NCBI GenBank assembly: GCA_027295405.1
Contig: JAPUKZ010000073.1
Location: 1 to 44,020 of the forward strand
Reading direction: 5' to 3'
Source of the DNA: Gammaproteobacteria bacterium
GTDB lineage: Bacteria > Pseudomonadota > Gammaproteobacteria > Pseudomonadales > Halieaceae
DNA length: 44,020 bases
Below, one piece after another: positions 35,744-44,020 of this stretch (the first letter of the stretch is position 1; each line of letters begins with the position of its first letter). The notes under the pieces are model-generated. The model saw only the letters and a list, made by a program, of their open reading frames with translations. It made no database searches and was not told the origin of the DNA. The translations under genes and the position numbers were made by a program.

Positions 35744-37042
35744 TTGCATACGGATTCGGATACCCAGCCCGCGGAAGAGTCCGGCTCTTCGCGCACCGCA
35801 ACCTACGCCCTGATCATGCTGACCATCGTCTACGCATTCAATTTTGTGGATCGGCAGATATTGGTCATCCTGCAGGAACCGATTAAGAATGATATGGGCT
35901 TGAGCGATGTGCAACTGGGTTTGCTCAGTGGCTTTTCCTTCGCGCTGGTGTACATCACCGCGGGCATTCCCATCGCCTACTGGGCCGATCGCACTAATCG
36001 ACGCAACATCATCACTGCTGCGCTGTTGATCTGGAGCGGTATGACCGCACTCTCGGGTCTGGCGCAGAACTATACCCAGCTGCTGCTGGCCCGCATCGGT
36101 GTAGGCATTGGCGAAGCCGGGGGCAGCCCTCCGGCCCACGCCATGATCAGCGATTATTACCCGCCGCAGAAGCGCGCCACGGCGCTGGCGATATACTCTA
36201 CCGGTGTTCATATCGGGGTGTTGACGGGATTCCTGCTCGGGGGTTTTATCAGCCAGGCCTTCGGTTGGCGGGCCGCGTTTATGGCGGTGGGTATTCCCGG
36301 CGTGCTGTTCGCAACCTTTTTCTTTCTCACGGTAAAGGAACCGCAGCGCGGGCGCTGGGAAACGAAGGAGGCAGCGGCGTATAAACCTACCCTGGGCGAA
36401 ACATTCAGGGTGCTGTCGTCTTTTCGCTCTTTCTGGTATATCGCCGCTGCCACCGGCTTAACCGCGTTTGCCGGTTATGGCATTGGCAATTTTGCGCCCT
36501 CGTTCATGATGCGCAGCCACGGCTTGTCGTTGGCCGAAGTGGGAATAGTGCTGGCTCTGTTCGGGGGTGGCGCCGGCCTGCTGGGCACATTCCTGGGCGG
36601 GTATATTGCCGATCACCTGGGGGTGCGAGACAAGCGATGGTATGTGTGGGTGCCGGCCATAGCCGGGGCAATCTCCCTGCCTCTGGGCCTCCCGTACCTG
36701 TTGCTGGACAATACCACGCTGGCGGTCGGCTTCATGTTTTTTGTCACCCTTTTGATCAACACCTACCTGGGCCCCTGTCTGGCCATTTCGCATGCGCTGG
36801 TGCCGCCGGCCATGCGAGCGCTGACCTCGGCTATTCTGTTCTTTGTACTGAACCTGATCGGATTGGGTCTGGGACCTCTGACTGCGGGCCTGTTGAGTGA
36901 TTATTTTACCGGCATCTACGGCACCGATGGCCTGCGTTACGCCTTGCTGGTGGTAGGGCTGCTGAGCTCGCCGGCCATATTGCTGTTTTATCTGGCTGGT
37001 CGGCACTTACCCGCGGACCTGGCGCGGGGGGCCAACCAGTAG
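35744..37042 (+). CDS. MFS transporter
   Basis: About 12 TM helices and a WADRTNRRNII motif-A-like loop between TM2 and TM3. The TTG start is uncertain. Confidence 0.85.
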   Translation: MHTDSDTQPAEESGSSRTATYALIMLTIVYAFNFVDRQILVILQEPIKNDMGLSDVQLGLLSGFSFALVYITAGIPIAYWADRTNRRNIITAALLIWSGMTALSGLAQNYTQLLLARIGVGIGEAGGSPPAHAMISDYYPPQKRATALAIYSTGVHIGVLTGFLLGGFISQAFGWRAAFMAVGIPGVLFATFFFLTVKEPQRGRWETKEAAAYKPTLGETFRVLSSFRSFWYIAAATGLTAFAGYGIGNFAPSFMMRSHGLSLAEVGIVLALFGGGAGLLGTFLGGYIADHLGVRDKRWYVWVPAIAGAISLPLGLPYLLLDNTTLAVGFMFFVTLLINTYLGPCLAISHALVPPAMRALTSAILFFVLNLIGLGLGPLTAGLLSDYFTGIYGTDGLRYALLVVGLLSSPAILLFYLAGRHLPADLARGANQ

Positions 37043-37302
37043 TTTTCGATCTTGGCCGTGCGCTCTATCCCTGACCCAATTGCTGAGCGGGTAGCTGGGC
37101 ATGCTGACATCGCAGATCACGCCGCAGCGAGCCCAGTTGTTCGCCCACAGCGCTGATGGTGCTGTTGTCAATGGCATTGCGCCATGAAACTCGCCAAGTG
37201 CAGGCGGGAAATCAGGCTGTAAAGCTGGCGCCAGTCACCGGGTCTGGGCAGGGCCAGGTGGCGGATGCGGAATTCCGGATGGTGCTCTCACCCGGACGGT
37301 TC

Positions 37303-38679
37303 TTATTCCTGCATCACCCTGGCCAGGCGTTCCGGTTCGCGCCATACCCCGCTGTACAGACGCCCCAGGTAGACCACGGCTATCACAATGATCATCAGTA
37401 CAAATACCACCCAGGACAGCCTGGGGCCGTAGTCGTAGACGACGATAATGAAATACTGTGCGATCAACATGAGCCAGTGCAGGGATATGGAAGTCAGCAT
37501 CAGCCAGCGGGTGTCCCCGGCGCCGCGCAGTGCGCCGCCGCTGATGAGAATGCTGGCGTCCGCCATCATGTAGCAGGCCAGGCCGACCATCATGAAGCTG
37601 CCGATCTCGCGAATTTCCTCGAAGTCGGCTCCGGAGCCGGCAAAGACATCGATCAGGTTCATGCGAAAGATGACGAACACCGCGGCGAGTATCGAGGAGT
37701 AGGTCAGCGCGATTTTGTAGCCCGCGGCGATAACAGCGTCGATGCGACTCATAGCGTTGGCCCCGACGTAGCGGCCGATCAAGCTGATGACGGCAATATT
37801 CAGGCCTATCATGGGAACGAAGGACAGCATGTCCCAGTTGAAGACAATGGCGGCCGCGGCGCCCTGCGCCACGCCGTAGGACTGGAACATGAGTATGAAC
37901 AGGTTGAAGGTGGCCACGTTCATGAACAACTCCAAGCCTGAGGGAAAACCCAGGCGCGCGTAACGGCGCAGTATGCCCCCATCCAGGTGAAAGGAATCCA
38001 GCACCCTGAACTTGTTGCGATGCACCCGGGAAAAATAGAACAGGGCAAACAGCAGCAGTGAGAAGGCGGTGGCTATGACGGTGCCCCAGGCAGCCCCGGC
38101 GATGCCCAGCTGTGGCAATCCCAGCTTGCCAAAAATCAGTGCATAGGAGAGCGGTATGTTCAGCAGCATGCCCAGCACATCCGCTATCATCACCACCCGG
38201 GTACGGCCGATCCCGGCGAAATAAGAGGCAATGCAGGCCTTGCTGAGATTGAAGAAACATCCCAGCATAAGTATCTGGTAGTAAACACGTTCCAGTTGCA
38301 GCTGCTCCGGCGGGTGCCCGATCACCCCGAAAAATTGGTAGACGTAGTAGCCGATCACTGCCAACAGCGGCAGCCACAAGACCACCATGAAAATACCCTG
38401 GGTGACCACCCGTGGGCATTTGTGCAGATCCCCCGCGCCGTAGTACTGGGCAACCAGGGCATTGGCGTAAGACACGACGCCAATGAACAGGGAAATACTG
38501 AAAAACGAGGCGACGCCGCCGCCCAGGGCTGCCGACATGTACTCCGGGCCAATCAGGGACAGGAACAGCCGGTCGCAGAACACCATCACCGCAAATGAAC
38601 CCTGCGACACGACCATGGGCAGGGCCAGGTCCAGCAGTTCCCGTGCCGTACTTCTGTCTAGGTTCGCCGCTGCGTGCAT
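37303..38679 (-). CDS. MATE family efflux transporter
   Basis: 458 aa from ATG 38679. ELLDLALPMVVSQGSFAVMVFCDRLFLS is a typical MATE N-terminus, followed by 12 TM helices. Confidence 0.88.
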   Translation of the reverse strand: MHAAANLDRSTARELLDLALPMVVSQGSFAVMVFCDRLFLSLIGPEYMSAALGGGVASFFSISLFIGVVSYANALVAQYYGAGDLHKCPRVVTQGIFMVVLWLPLLAVIGYYVYQFFGVIGHPPEQLQLERVYYQILMLGCFFNLSKACIASYFAGIGRTRVVMIADVLGMLLNIPLSYALIFGKLGLPQLGIAGAAWGTVIATAFSLLLFALFYFSRVHRNKFRVLDSFHLDGGILRRYARLGFPSGLELFMNVATFNLFILMFQSYGVAQGAAAAIVFNWDMLSFVPMIGLNIAVISLIGRYVGANAMSRIDAVIAAGYKIALTYSSILAAVFVIFRMNLIDVFAGSGADFEEIREIGSFMMVGLACYMMADASILISGGALRGAGDTRWLMLTSISLHWLMLIAQYFIIVVYDYGPRLSWVVFVLMIIVIAVVYLGRLYSGVWREPERLARVMQE

Positions 38680-38952
38680 CGGTCTGTCCGCTGGAAACAA
38701 TCTGCTATCAAACGTTGTTGTCGGGATTCGGTTGACAGCAACAGGCTGCCGAACCCTGCCATGGTGGCTATCAGCTTCACGGATAGATCGAGGTGACAAC
38801 AAGGGTGGTTTTGTATAAGTTCGCACAGTACTCTTTGCGAGTAAATGAACTCTGGCAATTTATGCCCCTGTCTGTGGGGTCCTTGCACGGCGGGCGATTG
38901 TGTAGACTGCTGGAGTGCCCCGATATTTCCCGATCCCACGCAGGAGAATACC

Positions 38953-39990
38953 GTGATCACTCCCGAGACAAATCCCCTGGGCCGCAGGCAGTTCCTGCGG
39001 CTCGCTACCGCTACTGCCATTGCGCCCAACCTGGGCGCCTGCAGCGGCGACAAACAGGTCATTAGCATAGACCCCGGCCTGCCCAACTCTCGCTTCGGTG
39101 CTGAATCCACAGCGGAGGAGGTGACCGCAGGTCTGGACTTGAGCGGCAGGGTTGCGCTGGTAACCGGTTGTAACTCTGGCCTGGGCTACGAAACCCTGCG
39201 GGTACTGGCGCTGCGGGGAGTCCACGTGATCGGCACCGGCAGAACCCTGGACAAGGCGGCCCGCGCCTGCAGCAGCGTTGCCGGTACCACCACGCCGGTC
39301 GCACTGGAACTGTCGAATTTTCAGTCAGCGGTCGAATGTGCCGCGACGGTGGCGGCCATGGGTCTGCCGCTGGACATGCTGGTGTGCAATGCGGGTATCA
39401 ATACCTTTGGCGAACTCGAGTTGGTGAACGGTATCGAGAAGATATTCGTGGTCAACCACCTCGGCCACTTTGTGCTGGTCCAGCATTTATTACCGCTACT
39501 ACAGGTGGCGCAGGCGGGGCGTATCGTCCATGTGGGCAGCCGCGCCGGTTACAGAAGCGCGCCCGCGGTGGGGATCGACTTTGACAATTTGCGCGGCGAA
39601 AAGGCGTTCGATTCCGGTGAGGCCTACGGCCGCTCCAAACTGGCCAACGCGCTGTTTTCCCTGCAGCTGTCGAAGCGTCTGGCGGATTCCAGCGTGACCT
39701 CCAATGTGATTCACCCCGGTCTGGTAAAGACCAATATCGCTCGTACCGCACCCGCCTTTATGCGCGGCGCTTTCGAGTTATTCGGTGGGCTGATCGCCAA
39801 GACTCCCGCCCAGGGTGCCGCTACCCAGGTCTATGTGGCCACGCACCCGGATCTCGCCGGCGTCAGTGGTGCCTACTTTGAAGACTGCAATCCGGTGCAG
39901 ATCACTGGCCCCAACCATGTTTTCGATGAGCCCATGGCCGAGAAGTTGTGGGATGTATCGGTGGAAATGACCAGCGCCTACCTGAGCTGA
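38953..39990 (+). CDS. SDR family oxidoreductase with a Tat signal peptide and lipobox
   Basis: GTG 38953 is preceded by AGGAG. Twin-arginine motif GRRQFLRLATATAIAPNLGAC (a lipobox Cys). SDR motifs VTGCNSGLGYE, NAG and YGRSK. Confidence 0.85.
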   Translation: MITPETNPLGRRQFLRLATATAIAPNLGACSGDKQVISIDPGLPNSRFGAESTAEEVTAGLDLSGRVALVTGCNSGLGYETLRVLALRGVHVIGTGRTLDKAARACSSVAGTTTPVALELSNFQSAVECAATVAAMGLPLDMLVCNAGINTFGELELVNGIEKIFVVNHLGHFVLVQHLLPLLQVAQAGRIVHVGSRAGYRSAPAVGIDFDNLRGEKAFDSGEAYGRSKLANALFSLQLSKRLADSSVTSNVIHPGLVKTNIARTAPAFMRGAFELFGGLIAKTPAQGAATQVYVATHPDLAGVSGAYFEDCNPVQITGPNHVFDEPMAEKLWDVSVEMTSAYLS

Positions 39991-40057
39991 GCAGGCGTGA
40001 TCTATTGACACAAGGGGGTGCCATCATACCTGGCGTGGCCGCAAGGAGCCGGACGAA

Positions 40058-41296
40058 TTGAATGCGAGCTTGGCGGTTGTTGACCGACGGCATCTGCGGC
40101 GGATAGCGCTGCGCCAGCAGGGATTGCTGCAGCCCGCCGCCTTCGGCCGCGGTCGCAACGCTACCCTGCGGGCGCTGTCTCGCCTGGGCTATGTTCAGAT
40201 AGACACCATCGCCGTGGTCGAGCGGGCGCATCACCACGTGTTACGCAGTCGTGTCCCCAATTTTGAGCCGCGACAGTTGCAGCACTTGATGGCAAATGGT
40301 GAGGTGTTTGAGTACTGGTCCCACGCCGCCGCGTTCCTGCCCATGCAGCACTACCGGTTCAGCCTGGTGCGCAAAGAGGCCTTTCGGCGCGGAGAAAATC
40401 ACTGGGGTCGCAGTCGCGACAAAAAGCTGATGGCTGAGATATTGGCGCGAATCGAGCAGGAAGGACCGCTGAAATCCAGGGATTTTGAACATCCCGGTGG
40501 TTCGGGGGGCGGTTGGTGGGAGTGGAAGCCCACCAAGCAGGCATTGGAGCAGCTGTATATGCAGGGTGACCTGATGGTAGCGACCAGGGAAGGCTTCCAG
40601 AAAACCTACGATCTGCCGGAACGCGTGCTGCCGGAGTCTGTTGATACCTCTACGCCAGGCACCGGGGAGTACGCCGCACACTTGATTGATACCACCCTGT
40701 TGGCACAGGGGTTCGCCAGTGCTCCCTCCATGAGTTACCAGCGTAAGGGCGCGTCCCTGCGGCTGGCCATCAAGGCAGAACTCGACAGGCGGCTGGATCA
40801 GGGGACTTTACTGGCGGTGCGGCTGGAAGGGGGTAGAGTATATTATGGCGTCCCGGAATTGCTGGAGTCAGCGCCAGCCAGGGTGGTAAAACGTGCGACC
40901 ATATTGTCGCCCTTCGACAATGCCTTGATTCAGCGCGATCGCACTCGGCAACTTTTTGATTTTAATTACCAGATCGAGTGCTACCTGCCCGCGAGCAAGC
41001 GACGCTATGGCTATTTTTGTCTGCCGTTGTTGTACGGCGACGGCTTTGTCGGCCGCATGGATTGCAAGGCCCACCGCAACGGCGGTCATTTTGAGATCAA
41101 GGCGCTGTATCTGGAGCCTATGGTACTTGGCCATGCGGAATTTCGTAATGCGGCGTTGGTACAGGCCCTGGCGACAGCGATCGCAGAATTTGCCGACTAC
41201 AACGGCTGTGTGAGTATCGGGTTGGGATGCTGTTCGCAGCGCCGCTTCGGCAGAGAACTGAGGGGTGTTCTATCCGGCAGGGTTTCAGCCGGTTGA
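40058..41296 (+). CDS. ycaQ: Winged-helix DNA-binding protein of the YcaQ/AlkZ-like (DUF1006) family; putative interstrand-crosslink DNA glycosylase
   Basis: LRRIALRQQGL...LGYVQIDTIAVVERAHHHVLRSRVPNF matches the YcaQ-family N-terminal pattern as I remember it. 412 aa. Confidence 0.75.
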   Translation: MNASLAVVDRRHLRRIALRQQGLLQPAAFGRGRNATLRALSRLGYVQIDTIAVVERAHHHVLRSRVPNFEPRQLQHLMANGEVFEYWSHAAAFLPMQHYRFSLVRKEAFRRGENHWGRSRDKKLMAEILARIEQEGPLKSRDFEHPGGSGGGWWEWKPTKQALEQLYMQGDLMVATREGFQKTYDLPERVLPESVDTSTPGTGEYAAHLIDTTLLAQGFASAPSMSYQRKGASLRLAIKAELDRRLDQGTLLAVRLEGGRVYYGVPELLESAPARVVKRATILSPFDNALIQRDRTRQLFDFNYQIECYLPASKRRYGYFCLPLLYGDGFVGRMDCKAHRNGGHFEIKALYLEPMVLGHAEFRNAALVQALATAIAEFADYNGCVSIGLGCCSQRRFGRELRGVLSGRVSAG

Positions 41297-42802
41297 TTCC
41301 AGCCGTTCGGGCTGGTCCCAGCAAGTGACCCGATTACGGCCGCTATCCTTGGAGATGTATAGGGCCTGGTCAGCCTGGTCAACCAGCTTGCCAGTGCTAT
41401 TCGCACCACAAGTGGAAGAACTGATTCCGAAGCTGGCGGTAATCGTCGTCCGCTCCAGCGCGGAATGGCATTGCCTGACTTCCGTTTCGATATGCTGGCG
41501 CAGGCGTTCGCAGATGGTGGTTGCCAAGTCAATCCCGGTATTGGGCATCAGGATGCAGAATTCCTCACCGCCGTAGCGACCGACCACTTCGTTGCCGCGC
41601 AATCCCGCGCGGAGAACCTTGGCGAGATTCTTGATCACTTCATCCCCCACACCGTGGCCATAGTTGTCATTGATGAGTTTGAAGTGATCAATGTCTAGCA
41701 TCACGATGCAAAGCTCGTTGCTATCATCCTCGGCCAGCGTAAACTCGGCTTCGGCGCGCTCAAAAAACGCGCGCCGGTTCAGGCAGTCCGTTAGCGCGTC
41801 TCTTTCCGCCAGGAGCTGCAGCTCTTGATTCCTGCGGCTGACCTCATCGCGGGACAACTTCAAGTCTCCCACCATATCCCGCAACTGGCGGTTTTTTTCC
41901 TCCAGTTCAGTGACGTCATCAAACGTGGCCAGCGCGCCCTGGGAACGGCCTTTCTCGCTGAGAATGGGTGAGCTGTTGACCATGAAAGTACGCTGGTCAT
42001 CACCTTTGATAGTCAACTGCAGGAGCATCCCGACCTGACTCTCGCCGCTCGTCATGGCGATTTGCCAGGGGTAGTCGGTCTGCTCGGTTCCTACGCTTGT
42101 CCAACCCAGCACTGACAGTTTCTTGCCGAGGAGATCTTCACTGGCGATACCGAGTTTGTCGCTGAAGGCGGTGTTGGCAAGTACAACCTGCTCCTTTTCA
42201 TCGATCAGTATGACGCCCTCGGTGAGCACATCCATCGCGGTTTTGACCCGGTCAGGGATTACCGCGCCGGGATCCAGGTGTTTCAGTGTGCGCCGCAAGA
42301 AAAACAGGTAGCCGAGGAAGCCCGCCAGGAACATATAGCCAGCCAACAGGACAAAGGGGCTGGTGATATCTTCCCAGTGGGTCTTCGGTATGGCATCGGC
42401 AAAGCGGATTTCCACGCTGCCCCAGCGCTGTTTGTTCTTGAATATCGAGACCTGGGTGTGGGTGAGGGTGGACTTGCCGAAGGGTATGTCCTGCCACTGC
42501 TGGCGGTGATTGCCAGCTTCGGCCCGGACTCTGCCATCTGCGTTTCGCAATGCCGCCGACACTACGTCCTGTTCACGCAGCACCAGGTTGCGCAATGTCA
42601 GCCTGATTGTCTCCATGTCGTTGACCGCGATCAGCGAGGAAAATTGCACGGCCAGAGACTCAATGACCCGCTGGCGTACCTTCAGATCGTCCTGGCGGCC
42701 GTCGTTATTCACGCCGAAGAACAGGTCTCCCGTCAACAGGATACTCAAGGTCAGCAGTGCCATGCTGAAACTCATGCGGGCGATGGGAGAGAATGTCATC
42801 AC
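41285..42802 (-). CDS. Membrane-anchored sensor diguanylate cyclase (2 TM + periplasmic loop, PAS, coiled coil, GGDEF)
   Basis: [12 protein letters not shown] active site, [14 protein letters not shown], and a PAS-like segment ([17 protein letters not shown]). The start overlaps the upstream stop (ATGA). Confidence 0.9.
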   Translation of the reverse strand: MMTFSPIARMSFSMALLTLSILLTGDLFFGVNNDGRQDDLKVRQRVIESLAVQFSSLIAVNDMETIRLTLRNLVLREQDVVSAALRNADGRVRAEAGNHRQQWQDIPFGKSTLTHTQVSIFKNKQRWGSVEIRFADAIPKTHWEDITSPFVLLAGYMFLAGFLGYLFFLRRTLKHLDPGAVIPDRVKTAMDVLTEGVILIDEKEQVVLANTAFSDKLGIASEDLLGKKLSVLGWTSVGTEQTDYPWQIAMTSGESQVGMLLQLTIKGDDQRTFMVNSSPILSEKGRSQGALATFDDVTELEEKNRQLRDMVGDLKLSRDEVSRRNQELQLLAERDALTDCLNRRAFFERAEAEFTLAEDDSNELCIVMLDIDHFKLINDNYGHGVGDEVIKNLAKVLRAGLRGNEVVGRYGGEEFCILMPNTGIDLATTICERLRQHIETEVRQCHSALERTTITASFGISSSTCGANSTGKLVDQADQALYISKDSGRNRVTCWDQPERLESTG

Positions 42803-44019
42803 GCCGGCGCACCACTGGATTGTGGATCGACTTCGCCCGAACCATCGAGTATTCGTGCCGCGGCTTTCTCCTGTTCGGCCGCCTCGTCATCTTCGTCTTC
42901 CGCGGCCAGATCTGACTTCTTGCGCTCCGGGTCAGTCAGCAGCACCGGCAGTGGATCAAACCTGGCCCATACCGGCAGGGAGGCGACCAGGCTGGCAACC
43001 ATCGGGCCAGCTCGCAGCAACCACGCCAGGTAGCCGGCTGACAAGGTGGCCCCGGTCACGCGTACCGCTCCGGTGACCATCAATTCCCGCAAGATGTCCT
43101 TCTTCACGGCGTTCTCAAGCTGGTCGCGCAGGTCGTCCAGGGCAAACTGCAGCGGGCTATCCGGATCGGTAAGGTCGTTATTGCCGGTGGCTTCTTCCAG
43201 CCCCGGCAACAAGTCGGCAAGCCGCCCGATCTTGTTCTCCTCCTGCAGACGGAATTCGGAATTGTCGACGTCAGCCCCGGTATACGCGTAGATGCGGTCA
43301 AGTTCCTCGTCACTGACCTGGCCTGGCTGTTCCAGGTAGCCACTGAAGCGGCTGGGTGTGTCAGCTCCATCGGATGCGTCTTCGCCGGTATCGGGCGTAG
43401 CTTCGTCAGCAACGTTATCAGCAACTTGGTTGGATGAGTCTTCGTTGCCCGGGGTGTAGGAACTTTTGGCCCGGATTTCTACCGGGTCCGCCCCATCGGG
43501 CTGGAAACCTTTGTCCAGCATCTCTGTGGTCACCACCGGTTGCGGGCTTCCAGGAGACCGATCGGCGCTCAAGGTTGCCTGCTGGCTCGGTTCTGGATCT
43601 GGTTCCGATTCGGGTACGGGTTCCGGAACCGGTTCCGGTTCGGGAACAGGCTCTGGCACTGGTTCCGGTTCTGGCACTGGTTCAGGTTCTGGTACAGGTT
43701 CCGGTTCTGGCACTGGTTCAGGTTCTGGTACAGGTTCCGGTTCTGGCTCAGGTTCTGGCACAGGATCGGGATCCGGTGGTGGTGGTGGCGGTGGAGGCGG
43801 AGGTGGAGGTGGCGGTGGAGGCGCGGCGATGGTGAGGGCGAAGCTCTCGCCGACCAGGGTATTGCCCTGGCCATCGTCGACATCGAAATCAAAACTGTCG
43901 GCAATGGTGGCGCTGCCATCGTGGACGTAAACCACATCCCCGTCGTTGATCTCCTGCTGGGTGAAACTCGCAATCGGTACCGCCGGGGCCACCGCGTAGG
44001 CGAGGATGCCGTTCACCGG
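42799..44019 (-). CDS. C-terminal 406 codons of a large repeat-containing surface/envelope protein (N-terminus lies outside the window)
   Basis: The frame is open to the window edge. Contains a cadherin-like module end ([35 protein letters not shown]), a Pro15 run, PEPEPV repeats, an acidic region, hydrophobic helices ([26 protein letters not shown]) and an acidic tail. Confidence 0.8.
   Translation of the reverse strand, partial: PVNGILAYAVAPAVPIASFTQQEINDGDVVYVHDGSATIADSFDFDVDDGQGNTLVGESFALTIAAPPPPPPPPPPPPPPPPDPDPVPEPEPEPEPVPEPEPVPEPEPVPEPEPVPEPEPVPEPVPEPEPVPEPVPESEPDPEPSQQATLSADRSPGSPQPVVTTEMLDKGFQPDGADPVEIRAKSSYTPGNEDSSNQVADNVADEATPDTGEDASDGADTPSRFSGYLEQPGQVSDEELDRIYAYTGADVDNSEFRLQEENKIGRLADLLPGLEEATGNNDLTDPDSPLQFALDDLRDQLENAVKKDILRELMVTGAVRVTGATLSAGYLAWLLRAGPMVASLVASLPVWARFDPLPVLLTDPERKKSDLAAEDEDDEAAEQEKAAARILDGSGEVDPQSSGAPA
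43588..43822. repeat. Coding tandem repeats: 18-nt periodic (PEPEPV) array including a perfect 36-bp tandem duplication, followed by a GGT/GGC run encoding Pro15
   Basis: Units 43671-43706 and 43707-43742 are identical (CTGGCACTGGTTCAGGTTCTGGTACAGGTTCCGGTT), with degenerate copies flanking them. The poly-Pro tract lies at about 43775-43821. Confidence 0.85.
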
Positions 44020-44020
44020 G

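Noticed and set aside
37156-38419. Long alternative ORFs within the MATE gene (plus strand 37156-37941; minus strand off-frame 37235-38419).
   Set aside because: Only the 37303-38679 frame gives 12 hydrophobic helices and a MATE-type N-terminus. The others are Arg/Gly/His-rich shadow frames.
38680-38952. N-terminal extensions of the MATE ORF (to 38826) and the SDR ORF (from 38845).
   Set aside because: The two extensions would overlap each other in the divergent promoter region. The internal starts give a canonical MATE N-terminus and a canonical Tat signal with an AGGAG ribosome-binding site.
43588-43822. The possibility that the regular short repeats form a CRISPR array.
   Set aside because: The repeats are contiguous with no unique spacers. 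Their period is 18/36 nt in frame with a coding sequence, and no cas genes are nearby.
43466-43930. A plus-strand ORF encoding GSGTGSGS/poly-Gly repeats, plus other ORFs across the repeat region.
   Set aside because: These are artefacts of the 18-nt periodic PEPEPV/poly-Pro coding repeat, which lacks stops in several frames. The minus-strand frame is continuous with flanking non-repetitive protein sequence.

Overview
This 44-kb window looks like an ordinary chromosomal stretch of a moderately GC-rich gammaproteobacterium of marine type. That taxonomic guess rests on protein content only. I support about 40 protein-coding genes. I saw no rRNA or tRNA genes, CRISPR arrays, transposases, integrases or phage genes.

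Content is dominated by three themes:
- **Lipid and acyl-CoA metabolism:** an acyl-CoA synthetase, four acyl-CoA dehydrogenases (ACADs), a wax-ester synthase/diacylglycerol acyltransferase (WS/DGAT), short-chain dehydrogenases (SDRs), a luciferase-like oxidoreductase and an epoxide-hydrolase-type enzyme.
- **Efflux and transport:** two TetR-MFP-RND modules (MFP = membrane fusion protein adaptor), one MATE exporter and one MFS transporter.
- **Housekeeping genes:** hemH, uup, uxuA and a ycaQ-like gene.

The parts most worth a second look, in order of interest:
1. A tightly packed five-gene secreted/membrane operon of unknown function (2467-5153), facing a CxxCH lipoprotein.
2. The C-terminal end of a very large repeat protein (cadherin-like module, Pro15 run, PEPEPV repeats, C-terminal membrane anchor), translationally coupled to a PAS-GGDEF diguanylate cyclase (41285-44019).
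3. An ACAD followed by a kinase fused to an extra domain, resembling LvaA/B/C and ACAD10/11 4-hydroxyacyl-CoA chemistry (17814-20489).
4. A perfect inverted repeat carrying two consensus DnaA boxes in a divergent promoter (23930-23984).
5. A Tat-signal, lipobox-bearing SDR (38953-39990).
6. Two genes that appear to have clean internal deletions (a phnA/yjdM remnant and a GST-like remnant).

All family assignments come from motif reading and memory, with no database search. Nothing here is demonstrably a new system; the candidates above are hypotheses.
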